Source: Chiloscyllium plagiosum (lineage: Eukaryota). From it: 64,000 nucleotides of DNA. Shown piece by piece: positions 1-13,485 of this stretch. The DNA lies in the NCBI RefSeq assembly GCF_004010195.1, contig NC_057711.1, positions 78,928,456 through 78,992,455 of the forward strand, given 5' to 3'. The translations under genes and the position numbers were made by a program. Each line of letters starts with the position of its first letter. Positions within the stretch are counted from its first letter, which is position 1. A model generated the notes under the pieces. It was not told the DNA's origin. It searched no databases and saw only the letters and a program-made list of their open reading frames with translations.

Positions 1-47
1 CTACCAATGATGGCAACAAGTCACATGGGTAAACAGACATCTGACTT

Positions 48-500
48 GGGGGCAGGAGTAGACAATTCAACTTCTCGATCTTGCTCTGCCATTTAATAAA
101 ATCATGGCTGATTTGATTATAACCTCAAGTCCACATTCCTATTTACCTCTGATAACCTATTGTTCCCTTGCTGAATAAGAAGCTATCCAACTCTGTCTCA
201 CAAATATTCAAGGATATTGCCTCATCCATCTTATCAGGAAGAGAGTTCCGAAAAGTTATAAGCCTCTGAGAGATAAAATTTCACCTCATTTCTGTTTTAA
301 ATGGTTGTCCCTTGAGTTTTAAACAGTAACACCACCCCAACACCCCAGTCCCAGAATCTCCTATAAGATAAAACATCCTCTTCATATCCAGCCTATCAAG
401 ACCCCACAGGGTCTTCTACCTTTTAATCAAGTCACCACTTACTCTTCTAAACCCGAGGAGATACCACCCTAACCTTTCCTCATATGATAACCTGCCCATA
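48..500 (-). mobile_element. Degraded CR1 LINE 3' fragment
   Basis: Reverse complement resembles the shark CR1 3' end (gatgaggtgaaattttatctctcagagg..., aatcagccatgatt tail). Confidence 0.65.
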
Positions 501-509
501 CAAGGTAAT

Positions 510-1880
510 AAGAGACAAAAAAACTGCAGATGCTGGAATCCAAAGTAGACAAGCAGGAGGCTGGAAGAACACAGCAAGCCAGCCAGCATCAGGAGGTGGA
601 GAAGTTGACATTTTGAAATAACCCTTCTTCAAGAACGGAGGTGGGGATAGTGGGACTGCAGATGAAGAAGGGGGAGAAGGGTTATGGGGTGGGAGAGGGG
701 CAGAATGGTAAGGTAGTGATAGGTAAATACAGATGGTAGGCACAACCCAGTAGATCGATAGGAGGAATGAATCTGTTTAGTAATTAAAAGGACGGGTTGG
801 TAGGCAGGATGGAGGGGGGATGCAGGGCTGGAAATGGAGCGGAGGTGGGTGGAATGGTTATTTGAAATTGATGAACTCAATGTTGAGTTGTCCGGCCCGT
901 AGGCTGCCCAGGCAGAAAATGAAGTGTTTTTCCTCCAATTTGCGGTCTGATTCACTGTGGCGATGAAAGAGACTGAGGGCGGACATGTCGGAGAGGGAAT
1001 GGGAAGGGAAATTGAAATGACCTGTCACTGGAAGGTCAGACTTGCCCTTACGGGCCTGGCTGAGATCTTCAGCGAAACGTGCCCTTAGTTTACATTTGGT
1101 CTCACTGATGTCGAGAGACCACATTGGGAGCACTGGATACAGTAAACTAGGTTGGAGGAGAGGCAGGTGAACCTCTATCTCACCTGGAAGAACTGTTTGG
1201 TGCCCTGGATGTAGGTGAGGGAGGTGGTGTGCCAGCAGGTTTTGCATTTTTTACGGTTTCAGTGGAAGGTACCAGGAGATCGGAGGAGTGAGTGAGAAGA
1301 TTGGCATGAACCAAGGGTGGCGAAAGGAATGGTCCTTGAGGAAGGCAGAGAGTGGTGGAGAGGGGAAGATGCTCTTGGTGATAGGGTCTAGTTGGAGTTG
1401 GTGGAAGTGTTTAAGGATGATATTTTGGATGCGTAGACTGGAAGGATGCTAGGTGAGGGTAATGGGGATCCTGTATTTATTATGTTTGGACAGGGTGGAG
1501 TTTAGAACAGTCAAGTGGGGAATGCAGTAGGTGTAGTGAAGGGCTGTCTGGATGGCAGCAGGAGGAAAAACACACTGTTTAAAATGGACATCGGGGATAC
1601 TTGGGAGTGGAATGTCTCCTTGTCGCAGCAGGTGCGATGGAGGTAGAGGAATTGGGAGAATAGGATGGAGTTTTGCAGGATACAATATGGAAGGAGGTGC
1701 AGTCCAGATAGTTATGAGAGTCTGTGGGTTTGTAGTAAATGTCAATCTCTAAACTTTCCCTGGAGGTAGAAACAGAGAGGCCAAGGAAGGAGGGGGGGGG
1801 GGAGTTGTCTGAGATAGACCAAGTGAATTTAAAGGCAGAGTGGAAGTTGTTGGCAAAGTCAATGAACTGCTCCAGGTGCA
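510..1880 (-). mobile_element. Penelope-like element fragment (RT C-terminus, GIY-YIG endonuclease, 3' tail)
   Basis: ORFs 1579..1881 (LEQFIDFANNFHSAFKFTWSIS..FLGLSV..IYYKPTDSHNYLD) and 858..1247 (SETKCKLRARFAE..LEEKHFIFCLGSL); tail ctgcagatgctgg. Confidence 0.9.
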
Positions 1881-1884
1881 CACC

Positions 1885-2300
1885 CAGGTTCTCTGTCTAT
1901 CCATCTAGGTTTTGTGCAAACTTAAGGGTTGGAGTCCAAATCGAATTTTGTTAATGACTGCTTCTGCAATCACTGAAGTGGCTGTGCTGGAATCAACCTC
2001 CATTAGAACTGGGTGACCGCTTAACCAGACTTTGGTTCTGATTTGGATGTTGCTAAGCAATTTAACTATTCCAAGCCAGATGTAAGTAGACTTTCCAGGG
2101 TGTTCACTCTCCTGGATATTGGCCTATACATTGTTGTACTCCAGTTAGGTCTGGTGAGCTTCTTGTTGTCTTGAGTCCAAATACTGGCAGCAACTACCAT
2201 GGGTTGCCGACCGGAATCTGGAAAATGTTTTTAACCATTTGGCTGAGACTTGGCTTTGCTTCGGGGTTTTGCTAGAGTCTCTCCCTTCAGGTTTTGACCA
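1885..2300 (-). mobile_element. Gypsy/Ty3 LTR-retrotransposon remnant (gag-protease region)
   Basis: Minus strand reads VWLSGHPVLMEVDSSTATSVIAE, a decayed VxxNGxPVxMEVDTGAxxSVI aspartic protease motif. Confidence 0.65.
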
Positions 2301-2465
2301 GAAGTGTCACCACCAACCCCAGTAGACCCAGACACATTAATAGCAAGTGGGACAGAACACCGGAGCTTCACCGGAGGCGCACTGATGATGTTGTCTAGAA
2401 TGGTGATGAAACATCTGCAAACAAACTTACCAGCTCAGCGAGGAAGTTAACAACGGCAAACTGCA
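2300..2465 (+). mobile_element. PLE 3' tail, family C, with degenerate hammerhead
   Basis: cactgatgatgttgtctagaatggtgatgaaacatctg at 2380-2417; same tail family as 27853-27935. Confidence 0.65.
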
Positions 2466-5400
2466 AATGTTTCCTATAAGTGGGATCAGAGAAGTGCTAT
2501 GAGGGTCCTGAAAGCCTGGCGATATTGGTTGCCAGAGACTGTGAATGTGCGGTGCATGTAACTGGTGCCTTTGGGGTGTGCCCTGACATATTGTTTCCAA
2601 CTGTGCAATACTATGTACCGGAGGAGTAAGCAACAGGCAGAAGTCGCCAGGTAACTATTCTGACATTCATGTTGGGAATTGTCAAGGTCCAGTTTCCTCA
2701 TGGCAGCTAGTAGAGTAAGAAGCTGCATCTGATGAGGTCAGATCTGTTGATAATGAGGCTGTTAACAAACAATAATTCACCTTAATTAATATCTTGCTGA
2801 TTTCCAGCAAAAAACTTGTCTCAATGCCTGGAACTTTGAATATGTAAAATATTGCTCCTGATGTTGAGAAAAGCCTTACCCAATTTCTTTCATGATTCTC
2901 CCAGATTTTTCACCACCATCCAAGTTGTTTAGGCCTTTACAAGATTCTATCTTTTGTGTCCAATTGCCTCAGCTCCCACTCCGCATCCAATGTACGGTCA
3001 CTAATATCCTGCTGAAATACATTTAGTGTTAGACATTCTACAAAGGCTCTCTGTGGTATATCCGCTTCAATGGCTGATGCTTTTTCTCTGATTAGTTTCC
3101 CTTTGCTTACTATATTATTCCATTTCATTCACACTGTCAAACAAATAAATCTACAATGATGAGAAATATCTTTCTTTTGCTCTTGGTATTGAAAGTATGC
3201 CTTAATTTCTGATCTTTATTTACGCCATTTTACTGTTAAATTAGATTTTCTCACTTTCATTTTAAAATTGCTTACCTCAGTTTATCTCATTAAAAGCGAT
3301 GCATATTCAGAGTGCAGTTTCTAAGTTAGAGGAGACATGAAAGAGATGACATCCAATTACAAATTCACAAATAATGTTCACTGGGCAGAATTAGAAACCA
3401 AAGAGAAATTGCACATTCACCCTATTAATGTTTACTTCAATCAGTCCTGAGATTGCTTGCATAAAGAATTCAGTACTAAATAGAATAATCTCTTGATATG
3501 CAGAAAAAAACACAATATGCCTAAACAATACCTGTCTTTCAAGCATCTCTTTTGATTGACTGTAAACATACTTTGACCAAACATATTTACTTTCTGTTCA
3601 TCAAGTTCTCCTTAGATCTCTACAATCCACAGCCACATTAACTGCAATACCACCTACAATTCCCCAGAAACCATGAGAAATGCCCTAATGTTTTTCTATG
3701 TTTGCTGCCAGCTGGCAACTGCTAAACTCTGTCCACACTCTTTAACAATTCAGCCAAATATCCCTAAGTGTAACGTCTGTGTAATGCTTCAGGCTGGTGT
3801 CCTTCTATTCACAGCACCCTAGTATAAATTATCATTAACAACTGAAAATGCATGAATCCTATCTTGAAAGCTATCTTTAATATACTCACAGAGATAGCTT
3901 ATTGATAAAACGTGGAAATACTAGACAACTCCCGATAACTCAATCATGACCTCAAAACATTTAGAGTTATATTCATTAAACAAAAGTATTTTAATTCTGT
4001 TTCTCTTTTTGCAGATGCTGCCAGATCTACTGAGTTTCTCCAGCATTTTCTGACTTTATTATTGCAATTATTATATTGCAGATGACAGCAGTGATCAGTT
4101 ATAATTGAGAAAATGTTGAGTTGGGATTGGGCTGATATGGTTCTTTATAAAAACTACTTAAATGTATTAGATCAACAGCAGAATGTTGTCTGTAGGCCAA
4201 CACAATGATTCTGGGCAAAAAAAGAGTGATGTCAAACTGGGAGAGACAATCAACCAGGATGGAATAAAACCAAAAGCAAAGTTAAAAGGAAGAGTGTTAA
4301 GAGCAATAAGATTTTCTGAAGTACATTAAAATAAAGAATTCAAGGTTTGGTTTTGTGAGGCTTTGACATTGGAAGTCAGAGATTTGCAACATGATGTCAA
4401 ATTTGTGGTACAAAATCAGCTTTGTGGGTCTGATTTGTGCAAATTGCATTTTGCAATAGGCAATTTTAAAGTCAGAATGATATACCACAATTGTCAAAGC
4501 TCAATTTAAATGACTTAAATTCAGTCCCAATTAGAATTTCATTATTTTGTATCAAGGACCTCTTCAACCTTGTCACAATCATTGTAAATGGTCCGCCTGC
4601 TGAATGAGGCTGACTAAGCGCATCGATGTTGCCCAGTATATTAAAATCATGTGCCCCTGTGGACCCATTTGTAAGGCGACTGATCATAATTTTTTTTAAA
4701 AAAGCATATATACCTTTTCTTTAGGATCCAGTTGGAAACTTGCTGATTGGTGTATTGCTGAGGGGAATCCAGCAGCTTGTATGTGGTCTCAAGCCAGAAG
4801 TGAGAAATTGTAAGGGGTTCACAACGCTACGCAAGGTTACAGATCAAAAGGAAAATCTAGAATAGTCCTATCTAAAAAAAACAACTGAAGTTGTTTTTCT
4901 CTGAAAATCAATGCAATATGGGTTGACTGCTGAATCCTTACTTTCCCTCTATGGAAGGTGTAGGGAGTAAGAAGAGAATAATTGCACTGGGGCCTTTGGA
5001 TTATTGGTGACATTAGCATTATGCCACAACTTCCACTTAGACAGCAAATGTAGTAAAGTGCACTGATTTAAGAATTCGCTGAGACCTCAGCCTAATTTGT
5101 TACATATACCAAGTCAGCGTGAAAATTAGATTGGTAGATTTTGTTTGCTTACTGCCTCATTCACAATGCAGATAACATTTAAGATTGTTAAGTCCAAAGT
5201 GTTACACATAGTCAAAATCAATGGGACAGTATAAATGTGAATTTTCAAAGAGATTTAAAAATATATCAGACAGCAATAGCATATATATCATTTGAGTGTT
5301 CAGGGAATGTGGGGATGCAGCTATGGTTAAAAAAAGGATAAGTCTAATGCATAGATTTTAAATGTACAAAGAAAATGTTAAGCTTTACAATTTACTTTGT

Positions 5401-5799
5401 AAAACACGCATAAGTTAATGCCATCAATGTTTGTCACCAGACTACACAAAACAACAATATATACATGGAAAGAGTAGGGAGAACAGAAGTATAAAAGAAA
5501 TAATCTATTAGACAAGATTTGAAATGCATGGGAGCAAAATTTCACAGCCAGAGACAACAGGAACTGATTATAACATGCATTTAATCTGTGCACGCTCCTT
5601 GTGATGCAGATAGCGCACAAACCTTATGCTGTCTACTAATGTTAATGAGGACATCCTGCAAAGGGTCTGTAGCCTCATTCACTTATGGTTATCTGTCTTC
5701 CACCAGCTTTGCTACAGCTACAGTGTTAGCACGGTATAGAAACACTATCGTAGGGAAAGACATTAGATAGGCATTAAGGATCACACAAGAGCTATGCAG

Positions 5800-5925
5800 G
5801 AGCAAATTACTGCAGATGCTGGAATCTGTGCTGAGAACAAATAATGCTGAAGATCATAACAGGTCAGGCAGCATCTGTGGAGAGAAAGCAAGCTAATGTT
5901 TCGAGGCTAGATGACTCTTCAACAT
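5800..5925 (-). mobile_element. PLE 3' tail remnant with decayed hammerhead
   Basis: ctgcagatgctggaatctg...ggtcaggcagcatctgtggagag; minus strand gttgaagagtcatctagcctcgaaacattag. Confidence 0.6.
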
Positions 5926-6984
5926 TTTTTTGTTTTCACAGAAGTGCTATGGTTTGATTTATAAAGCTGTTGGAATACTTGTTTTGTGGTGGTTTATAGT
6001 TCAGCATTGTGGTTGTTAGAGATCTTAAATGCTTGGTAAGCAATGAACTTAGTCTTTGGTCTGAGGTCTCAGTCTTTAAATATTCATTTCTGCATTTCTC
6101 GAAAGACCATCTTCTGAGAGCTGTCTCAGGCTTCTTCTCCTCCTTCTTCGAATGGCTTGCCCTTCTTCATGTCTTCTCAGTTGCTTTTCCCTGTCATGCT
6201 TCAAACCAAGGGACTTATAAGGAATTCAATAGCAGTATATAATACCAAACACTTTTACAGATGCAGCGAGAGACAGCAGAAATCAATCAGAAACTAACCA
6301 GTAAAGAGATGATGGCCTCCTTAAATAGTTGTGGTCGTTCCCGCTGCGTGTTTAGCTGTACGAATGAAGATGTCGCCTGGGTATCAAGAGATGAAAATTA
6401 CAGTTCTGGCGCTACATCATTGATTCAGCCTAAGTGATGTCGCAAACTGCTCTTTTAAAAGGCAGCCTCCTGAAAATATATAAATATTTAAAGACAAGCT
6501 CAAATCAGATGATTAGTTTGAAGTAACTTAAGGATATTGGAGCAGAGAAAAGAGTAGAAATGACTGACAAGTGATTTTTTTTCTCAGTGTAGGTGATGTT
6601 ACTACAATCATTGCCCGCTTTTAGTTATTCTTTCTCGCTCAACCACATCAGAGTCCATCAAAATGCAACCATGCAGCATGGATTAAAGTCACACAGAGAT
6701 CAAGCTGGTTTTGGGTTGCAGATTCCATTTGCTGAGAGATCCAAATGTGTTTTTTTTCAGCAATCCATTAGTTTTCAAGATGTTTGTTGGTGTCAGCCCA
6801 CAAATGACCAGATTTGCAGGCTTCAATTTCATATCTTAGGGTGATACATTTTTAAACTCACATGTCCGAATTGCAAGTCCAATGTTATAATTGTAACTAC
6901 AATGTCGCTGTGACCTGATAAGTTAGAACACATATCAGAAAAATCCTTCAAATGTGGAATAGTCAAACAAAAATAGGAGGAAAA

Positions 6985-7510
6985 TCATAGTCATAGACAT
7001 GCAGAGCATAGAAACAGACCTTTCTATCTAACTCATCCATGCAGACCAGATATTCTACATTAATCTATTCCCATGTGCCATCCTTTCCATGATATCCTTT
7101 AAACCCTTCCTAATCCGGTGCCCATCCAGATGCCTTTTAAACATTGTAATTATACCAGCCTCCACAACCTCCTTTGGTGGCTCATTCCATACATGCACCA
7201 CCTTCTGTGTGAAAAAGTTGTCCCTTTCTAATCTTTCCCCCTTCATCTTAAACCTATGCCCTCTAGTTTGGGGCTCCTGTATTCGTGGGAAAAGACCTTG
7301 ACTATTCAACATATCCATGTCCCTTATGATTTTATAAACTTCTGTAAGGTTACCCCTCATCCTTCGGCACTCCAGGGAAAGTAGCCCCAGCCTATTCAGT
7401 CTCTCCCTATAGCTCAAATTCACCAGCCCTGGCAATATCTTTGTAAATGTTTTCTAAATCAACAACTTTCCTGTAGTGGGGGTCTAGAATTGGTTGCAAT
7501 ATTCCAAAAT
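6985..7510 (-). mobile_element. CR1 LINE 3' fragment
   Basis: ORF 7055..7435 MPGL..LSYRERLNRLGLLSLECRRMRGNLTEVYKI..FFTQKVVHVWN. Confidence 0.9.
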
Positions 7511-9182
7511 CACTGGGAATATTGGTGAGCCTTGCAGCACAGAACACATAGACTGTTCAAATTCAATCAACTGTTGAAAAAATGAACGTATCAGAGCTTT
7601 GGGCCAACTAGTTTTGTTTGCCCCTGGCTTTTTCTATGTGTCTTTAATACTGAAGCTAACAAAAAGAAATTGTTATAACTAATTATTTTAAAAGTGTGTC
7701 TGATTTGAGTAGAACAGGAAACAGTTATAGAATAACTATACAAAATGTTCAGCTGCACCTAAAGGAAATTTTACTCTCAAAATTCAGTCTTTCAGAACTT
7801 CTCAAAATTCGTACCTCTGAAAAGACAACAGACTCAGCTCAGCTTTAGATATACACTGGTAAATCAAGATTTGTGAAGCAATTTCAACACTAAGTTATCG
7901 ATTCACTGATCAACTGATTTCCGCGAGATATTTGCTGAGACGATGAACAATCAGTGGCTGACGTGCACTTTAAAGACTTAAAAATATTTTATTACTAGCT
8001 GTGTTCAAGTCTTAAGAAATTACAAAATATGATTTTTATATATTAATGTTTATTGTACTTTTTACTGGGAGGTAAAATCTTAATTTTTCCTTTGCTGATA
8101 TCTGTAAATGTTGGCCTTATGCATAGCTCTTTGTCAATATCTAAGCAAATGTTTCTGTGTTGTTTTAAATACTTTCCTCAAGTTGTCAAAATAAAAATTG
8201 AATTGTGATTCTGTTTGCTGAAGTCTATGATTCTTTCGGAGAGAATTGCTCACTTACAATTTGATCTAAATACATACATGTTCTTCACACAAGGCTAGAG
8301 TTTCTGCTCCTTTTAATTCTCTCGATGTAATCCTAGGACTCTGACATAATGACTACATCATCATCATGCCATGTGTGTTGGATGTTAATTGTTTTATTCT
8401 GCAAATAGTTTGGCTGGAATCTTACCAAGCTCTGAATGATATGGGCTGTGCCAAGGAATCTAAGAGAATTGCGTGACAAGTCACGTAAGGTCTTACTTGC
8501 AACAAGTAGCATTTTTCAACAAAGTTCCAGAGATATTAAACAGATGCTGAACAAAAATGTGTTCTGGTAAAATGAAGGGTGAAACATGTATTGTTAGCAA
8601 AAGTGATCAAGGAGAGAATCCAATAAAAAAACTAAGGCATACAAAGTAGCAAAAATGCATGGTAGGCCAGAGGATTAGGAAATGTTTCGGTACCAACAGA
8701 TAGCTAAATATCTAATAAAAACTGAGAAAATTAATTCTGGAAGTGAGTTGGTAAGAAATATAAAAACAAACAACAAGAGCTTTTATAAATTTTTGCAATG
8801 AAAGACTGTGGCTAATGGGAGGAAAGATTATGTAACAGCCTCTATCACGAGGGACAAACTAATGTGACTAAAGACAGGCAGGTTCCCAGAACCAATGATT
8901 GTAAAGGGAATGGCTGCATTAGAGGCATTGCTCAAAATATTCCAAAACCCACTGGATTCCAAAAGGGTTCCAGCAGATTGGAAAGCTGCTAATGCAATGC
9001 CACTGCTCAGAAAGGCAGGTGACAGAAAAGAGGAAATTGTAGGTCAGTTTGCAGAATAACAGTCGTATGGAAATGCTAGAGTCTTGTATTAAAGAAGAAA
9101 TAGAAGAACATATGAAAACGTTTAACACAATCAAACTGAATAAACAGGGTTTTGTGAAAATAAAACCATGCTTGAAAAATTT

Positions 9183-9529
9183 GGCAAGCTGGCTCAGTGA
9201 ATTGCACTGCTGCCTCATAACGACAGGGACCGAGGTTCGATCCCAGCTTTGGGCGACTGTCTATGTGGAATTTGCGCATTCTCTCTGTGTCTGTGTGGGT
9301 TTCCTCTAAGCGTCCAGTTTCCTCCCACAGTCCAAAGAAGTGCAGGTTAGGTGGTTTGGCCGTGCTAAATTGCCTATGATGTCTTGGAATGAGCAGGTTA
9401 GTTGCGTGAGCCATGGGAAATTCAGGGTTACAGGGATAGGGTAAGAGGTTAGGTCTAGCTGGGATGCTCTTTGATAGGGTGATGTGGACTCGATGGACTG
9501 GATGGCTTGCTTCTGCACTGTAAGGGATT
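9183..9529 (+). mobile_element. HE1-type (V-SINE) tRNA-derived SINE
   Basis: tggctcagtg A-box, ggttcgatcc B-box, ttcctcccacagtccaaaga core, cactgtaagggatt tail. Confidence 0.9.
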
Positions 9530-10019
9530 GCTGGAGTCCTTTTGAGTATAAAACAAGCAGAGTCGATTAAAGGGAACCTCTGGATGGAGTGTATTTTGAT
9601 TTCCAGGAGGCATTTGAAAAAGGGCCACGTGGAAGATTATCACACTAGATGGGCAATCCAGGTATTGGAGGTAATGTATTAGCATGGATTGAGCATTAGT
9701 TATGACACAGAATGAGAGTGAGTTGCGATGCATTTTATTTACACGTTGGAAAGCCAAAACTAGTGAAGTGTTACAAGGAACAATTATTTACAGACTATGT
9801 TAGTGACTTAAAGGAGGAGGTAAAGTATAATGCAACTAAATTTTCTGTTGTTCCAAAAATTAGGTGGAGGGAAAATGATATAGATAGGTTCAGTGAATGG
9901 CCAAAAAGCTTGCAGATGGAGTTTATTGTAGTAAAGTGTGAGATCGTGCACTTTGTGAGGAAGAATAAAAAAACTGCCAATTATTTAAATGAAAAGCATC
10001 TCCACAATAAACAGTGCGG

Positions 10020-10140
10020 TGTCACACAACACCAGGTTACTGTCCAATGGGTTTATTTGAAATCACAAGCTTTCAGAGCGCTGCTCTGTCATCAGGTAAG
10101 CCTGATGATTGGGTATAACCTGGTGTCATGTGACTTCTGA
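10020..10140. mobile_element. Fold-back PLE tail element, family B (older)
   Basis: gtcacacaacaccaggtta...tataacctggtgtcatgtgac inverted ends; minus-strand hammerhead cctgatgacagagcagcgctctgaaagcttgtg. Confidence 0.75.
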
Positions 10141-10859
10141 TTTGCAGATGTAGCAAGTAAATCATGGAATTTGGGCCTTTATTGCCAGAATGTTGGAGTT
10201 TAAGTACAGAGAAGTCCTGTTACACTGTACAGGGTGTTGGTGAGTCCATACCTGGGGCACTGTGTTTAACTTTGATCCCTGAATTTAACAAAGGATGGAC
10301 AGACAATGGAGACTGTTCAAAAGAAATTCATTTGTCTGATTCTTGGGATGAAGTGGTTAATTTATAAAGAACAAATGAACGAGTTAGGCCTTTACTCATC
10401 AAAGATTAAAAGAATGAGGGGTGATCTTATTAAGACATACAAGATTCTGAAGTGGGTTGAATGGTTAGATGTTGAGAAGATATTAAGAATAGTGGAAAAA
10501 TATCAAACAGGGGAAATACTTACAGGATAAAAGGGCATTTATATAGAATTGAGATACAAAGTAATTTCTTCTCTCAGAGGATAGTGTGTATCTAGAATTC
10601 TCTACCTCCTTAAGTTGTGGAGGCGAGATCACTGAAATATTTAAAGGGGGTAGATAAATTTGAAATATCAGAGAGTTGAAGACTATAAGGAGCCTGAACC
10701 TCCCTCTGGGAGGTTCACGCCTGGGGCAGATCAGCCATGATCTTGTGAATGGCAGGGCAGGCTTACTCCTGCTCCTATTTCTTACGTTCCTCTGTTCTTA
10801 TGAAGCAGTCCATATCCAAATACAGCAAAACCGGACAATATCTGAGCTTGAGATGACCA

Positions 10860-11345
10860 CATCAGGTGTAGAGGAGACCACATCGGGTGCAGCGGATACA
10901 GTACCCTGCACTGCCACACACATCATTTACTGTATCCGCTACACCCGATGTGGTCTCTTCTGCATTGGGGAGACAGGCCGCCTACTTGCGGAACGTTTCA
11001 GGGAACACCTCTGGAACACCCGCACCAACCAACCCAACCGCCCCGTTGCTGAACACTTATTCTCCCCTCCCACTCCGCCAATGACATGCAAGTCCTTGGC
11101 CTCCTCCATCGCCAGACCATGGCCACACGACGCCTGGAGGAAGAGTGCCTCATCTTCTGCCTAGGAACTCTCCAACCACACAGGATGAATGTAGATTTCT
11201 CCAGCTTCCTCATTTCCCCTCCCCCCACCTTATCTCAGTCCCAACCCTCGGATTCAGTACCACCCTCTTGACCTGCAATGTGTTTTTCCAGCACCACATT
11301 TTTCAACTCTGATACTCCAGCATCTGCAGTCCTCACTTTCTCCGA
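10860..11345 (+). mobile_element. Penelope-like element, GIY-YIG and 3' tail fragment
   Basis: CTATHIIYCIRYTRCGLFCIGETGRLLAERFREHL; LEEECLIFCLGTLQPHRMNVDF; family A tail. Confidence 0.9.
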
Positions 11346-11619
11346 ACTGAACAAGACCAATCAACCAAGCAACTGAATCAGCTGACAATCAATTTCAGAT
11401 AGGAACAGAAGGAAATACACAGTAAAATGGATGTTGATACTTAACATTTGAGTTACTTACCCCTTCAACTGGAAAAATATTTTGAATATAAATTAGGGAC
11501 TAGATCAAACACAGTAGAGAAAGTTTCACTGTAAACTTACTAATTCTCTTCACATCTGATACAAGGTGAGACAATAAATTATGGCTTTTATTTTTAACTT
11601 TCGTTCAAATCACATCAGG

Positions 11620-11875
11620 AAGTCAAACCACACCTTCCTTCCAATTCCATCACTCCAACCAGCTTCCATCCCTCTCCCCCCCCACCTCCCCCAGTCCCTG
11701 TTTGCAGCTTATATGCCATCTCTTCGTAGCTACTATCAGTTCTGAAGAAAGGTCACTGGACTTTAAAACGTTAACTTGGCTTTCACTCCACATATGCTGC
11801 CAGAGCTACTAAGTTTCTCCAACAATTTCTGCTTTTCTTTCAGATTTTTATCTTTTGCAGTTCTTTGTTTTATTT
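11620..11875 (+). mobile_element. PLE 3' UTR/tail remnant, family D
   Basis: C-rich UTR then ttctgaagaaaggtcactggactttaaaacgttaac (decayed hammerhead). Confidence 0.6.
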
Positions 11876-12264
11876 TATTCAAATTAGCAATTTGGATGCA
11901 TTCTCGTACCCTTGAATTTCCACTCATTAGGTTTAATATTTAGCAAACTGTGGTTGTCAAACACACGCGCATTACCAAGAGAGCCTTCAAGCATGCAAAG
12001 CTTGCCCTTGAAACAATAAAGATTTCAAATAATGCCTTAGTTGGCCGTGTTAACTGATATTGTCAGCAATATACCCAATTCAGGTACTATACCCTCCCTT
12101 TCAAACCTGCCATCTCATCACCTGTCTCCTCAAAAAACTCTCTTCACCCATGTGTTCCTGCAGGAATATGCAACCTAACTTCAAACACCCTTTCCTCTTC
12201 AAACACTGTGAATATACTTGTGCCTCTCATTATGACTCAGTTGGTACTTCTCTCTTCTCTGAGA

Positions 12265-12560
12265 CTGAAGCTGTCAGTTCAAGATCTATTCCATATCTGT
12301 ACTGAGGGAGTTCTGCACTGTCAGAGGTTCCATCTTTCAGCTGAAATATTAATCAAAGGCCTTGTGTCCCTCCTATGTGAATGTAAACATTCCATAGCAA
12401 TTCAAAGAAAACAAGGAGAGAAATTATCCTCTTGTTTTGCTCAATACTTATCCCTCCAGCAACTCTACTAAAATAGATGATTTGGTTTTTATTACATTGT
12501 TGTTCTTGAGAAATTTGCTTTAAGCAAACTGACTGCTACATTTCTATAATACAATCGTGA
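12265..12560 (+). mobile_element. Deu-domain SINE (SacSINE1/AmnSINE-like) remnant
   Basis: gtactgagggagttctgcactgtcagaggttccatctttcagctgaaatattaatcaaaggcc resembles the DeuSINE central domain. Confidence 0.7.
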
Positions 12561-12779
12561 TTTTTCTTTTTTTCAGTTTTTGATCCAGTTTATTTCTATG
12601 TAACCATTCCTACTGCATCTGATATAGCTTTGTTGCTTTAATGTACTGTTACCACTACCTTTGTTTGGTTGCTTGACACTAGTGGGTTAAATGCAGTGCA
12701 TTTGAGGGTGTGGTAGGGATAGGTATTCCCTTGATTTGCAATGTATAGTGCATGATTGAGACATTGGACATAGGGCAAT

Positions 12780-13485
12780 TTGATGTGAACATTGACCACC
12801 AGAGACACCATGAAGTCTTATGATATGAGATCAAACATGAGTAAGGAAACTTTCTGCTGATTACCAAGCATCTCCCCTCAGGTAATGGGTCTATGTTGAA
12901 TGCCACTTATAGGAAAAACTGAAGGTACCAAGGACACAGAATATACTTTGTGTGGGGAACTTCAATGCCTGACTGAGCTGGTTGAGTCCTAAAGGACATA
13001 ATTGTTTGATGGGCTCTGCAGCAGGTGGTGAGGAAAAGACAATAAAGGAAAAGCCTCATTCTCAGCAATCTATCTATTGCAGATGCCTCTGTCTACAATG
13101 GCATCTGCAGGAATGACCTCCATACAGGCCTTGTGAAGGCAAAGTCCATTCTCCACATTGAGGATACTCACCATCTTTTCTCTGTGGCACTACCACCATG
13201 CTAAATGGGACAGAGTTTAAACAGGTCATGAAATTTAAAACTGGGTAAGGGTATCAGATGCATGGGAAGGTGACCATCTGCAAGTACTCTTCCAAGTCAT
13301 ACATCACCCTGACACGCAACTGTATTGCCATTCTTTTACCTCCAAAGGGTCAAATTCCCTTCCTAACAGCACTGCGTTAGCCCCAAAGGCATCTAGTGGT
13401 TAAAGAAGGTAGCTCATCACCTTATCAAGGGCAATTAGTGATGGGCAATAATTGCTGGTGATATCCATGTTCCATGAATGAGTAC
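12780..13485 (+). mobile_element. Old CR1/L2-group LINE fragments ending in 3' tail
   Basis: ttccaagtcatacatcaccctgac...gctcatcaccttatcaagggcaattagtgatgggcaataa; same tail family inverted at 27215 and 31110. Confidence 0.6.

Larger units (their letters stand above)
8520..10800 (+). mobile_element. Old, fragmented CR1 ORF2 with nested SINE and PLE insertions
   Basis: gttccagcagattgg (VPADW); ORF 10306..10530 ETVQKKFICLILGM..LGLYS..RMRGDLIKTYKILK; CR1 3' tail near 10730. Confidence 0.8.

Noticed and set aside
3652..3672. ZNF143-like motif ctacaattccccagaa
   Set aside because: Imperfect and without promoter context
6076..6213. Arg/Glu-rich minus-strand frame (KHDREKQLRRHEEGQAIRRRRRRSLRQL) as an exon
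   Set aside because: Weak acceptor, upstream in-frame stop, low complexity, no recognised homolog
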